Of a stretch of 64,000 bases of DNA, positions 62,639 through 64,000 are shown piece after piece. Made by a program: the position numbers and the translations under genes. The number at the start of each line of letters is the position of its first letter. Position 1 is the stretch's first letter. The DNA comes from Psilocybe cubensis (Eukaryota): the NCBI GenBank assembly GCA_017499595.2, contig CM039010.1:868001-932000 (forward strand), given 5' to 3'. Below the pieces are notes generated by a model. The model was not told where the DNA came from and did not search any database. It saw only the letters and a program-made list of their open reading frames with translations.

Positions 62639-64000
62639 ATGGGGATCGCCGACTTGCCTGCGGAGCTGCTTTTTGAAGTAGCATCGCACCTCGATCAATC
62701 TGAGGGCCCGGAACAAGCTCGTTTGGCTCTCACTTGCAGGTGGTTTTATACGACTCTTATGCGCGGTGTAGCAGAGTACCAATCTCGTCAGTTTGAGGTT
62801 CTACTCCAGCGGGCCGTGATTACACCGTCCCTTCAGGCCTCCCCACTTAGTGCTGTCCAACTTGACAAAGACAGTGCCAACTTGAAGCTATTCGAGAGGC
62901 CCTTTAGCGACCTTGTAGTACATGCCACTCACCTAGACGCTGCAGACACTCGAAGCTTGCGGTACATAATTTGCCAGTCGAAGCACCTACAGAGTGTGGA
63001 GATTGCGATAATTCAGCCGCTTCGTGACCATCGGCACCTGGCGGCTGTGATGGGAACATGCTTTGGCAAAACAGGACTCCACCTCAGGATAACTGGTAGT
63101 TTCAGCGGAGACCAAAGTCCATTCAGCTTCCAATTCCACTCCAATGGTCAATCCATCCAAATTGCATCTCATCCAACAGAAGGTATCCATGCAGTGTCCA
63201 GGACTGGAATATGGCCCAATTTTCGGTACTTCTTTCGCCGCTTTTTGGCACTATTTCCAGCTGCGTTACCTTCTACGCCTATTTCAGGAGAGAGCCCTTT
63301 AGCTGCACCGACTCCAACTGTAACTTTTACTGTCACTCAGCGCAAACCCAAATTTCACATATCTTCCTTGCCAACCCCTCAATTAGAGTCCCTGCATCTA
63401 GACGGCGCACTCTCCCTTCTGCAATCTGTGTATCCGGTCACCCTGAAGGCTTTAAACTCGCAAATGACGAGTCTTACACTCCAGCGAATCTCGTTCAGTA
63501 TATTCGACTGGAATCAAATCTTACCCTCCATTTCTCTACCTGTGTTAAAGACCTTTACACTGATTGGGGATCTAACTATCGCATTTCCAGATTTACTAAT
63601 GTTCTTCGAACGTCATCAATCGATCGAGCACCTATATATGACGGATAAAAACCTCATTGGCATGGCAAAAATGCCTCTACATTCCATCTTACCGAACCTC
63701 AATACACTAGGTGCCAACTCGGAATACCTTACACCATTTCTTCAGTACAAGCGACTTGGTCATCTCCCTGCATTGCGCTACATACACATTAGTAGCATTA
63801 AAACCCCCAACGGTCCATCGATGACGCGATATCCATATCCATGCGACGATCTTTATCCAGTTTATGAACTGATGTCTGACCCACATTTCAGCGACTTATG
63901 GGTTACCATTGATGCATTAAGACCGAGTGGGCTCATGGACTGGATTTTATTCTCGAAATTTGCTAATAGAGATGGAAATAGCTTTGTTCACCTTGCAGGC
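62639..64000 (+). CDS. F-box/RNI-like LRR protein, paralog of 60544-62277, truncated by the window end
   Basis: Frame is open from ATG 62639 to the window edge (not in the ORF track). MGIADLPAELLFEVASHL...LALTCRWFY; DWNQILPSISLPVLKTFTLIGDLTIAFPDLLMFFERHQSI aligns with EWSVILARIDLPALSNFITVDETIAYPDLRKFLARHPRI. Confidence 0.75.
   Translation, partial: MGIADLPAELLFEVASHLDQSEGPEQARLALTCRWFYTTLMRGVAEYQSRQFEVLLQRAVITPSLQASPLSAVQLDKDSANLKLFERPFSDLVVHATHLDAADTRSLRYIICQSKHLQSVEIAIIQPLRDHRHLAAVMGTCFGKTGLHLRITGSFSGDQSPFSFQFHSNGQSIQIASHPTEGIHAVSRTGIWPNFRYFFRRFLALFPAALPSTPISGESPLAAPTPTVTFTVTQRKPKFHISSLPTPQLESLHLDGALSLLQSVYPVTLKALNSQMTSLTLQRISFSIFDWNQILPSISLPVLKTFTLIGDLTIAFPDLLMFFERHQSIEHLYMTDKNLIGMAKMPLHSILPNLNTLGANSEYLTPFLQYKRLGHLPALRYIHISSIKTPNGPSMTRYPYPCDDLYPVYELMSDPHFSDLWVTIDALRPSGLMDWILFSKFANRDGNSFVHLAG

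Overview
Intron-rich fungal DNA, most likely an Agaricomycete (Agaricales-like), judged from ~50-60 nt GT-AG introns, a DUF6535 gene array and F-box/LRR families. The left third is accessory and repeat-rich. It holds an atypical 8-Cys hydrophobin between two degenerate homologous segments, and a microsatellite-saturated block with a 7-exon membrane-protein gene whose long introns are compositionally polarised. It also holds a young 1.15 kb non-autonomous LTR element, a PBDC1 gene and a MITE. The most notable feature is at ~19.9-22.1 kb: three tandem ~730 bp units at the 3' end of a spliced, stop-interrupted gene. Each unit carries a multi-hairpin RNA domain, a U-tract and a 112-nt sequence that folds by hand into a complete HDV/CPEB3-like ribozyme, with an unusual swapped P1.1 pair and C at +1. 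Four tandem DUF6535 genes follow, two of them apparently identical from a 2861 bp duplication. The rest is mostly core genes: a Myb/SANT protein, TOF1/Timeless, a bZIP factor, a probably inactive transaldolase homolog, a PHO13-like phosphatase, GPI11/PIG-F, RPL34 and two tandem F-box/LRR-like genes. All gene models and RNA folds were made by eye; no searches or folding programs were run.
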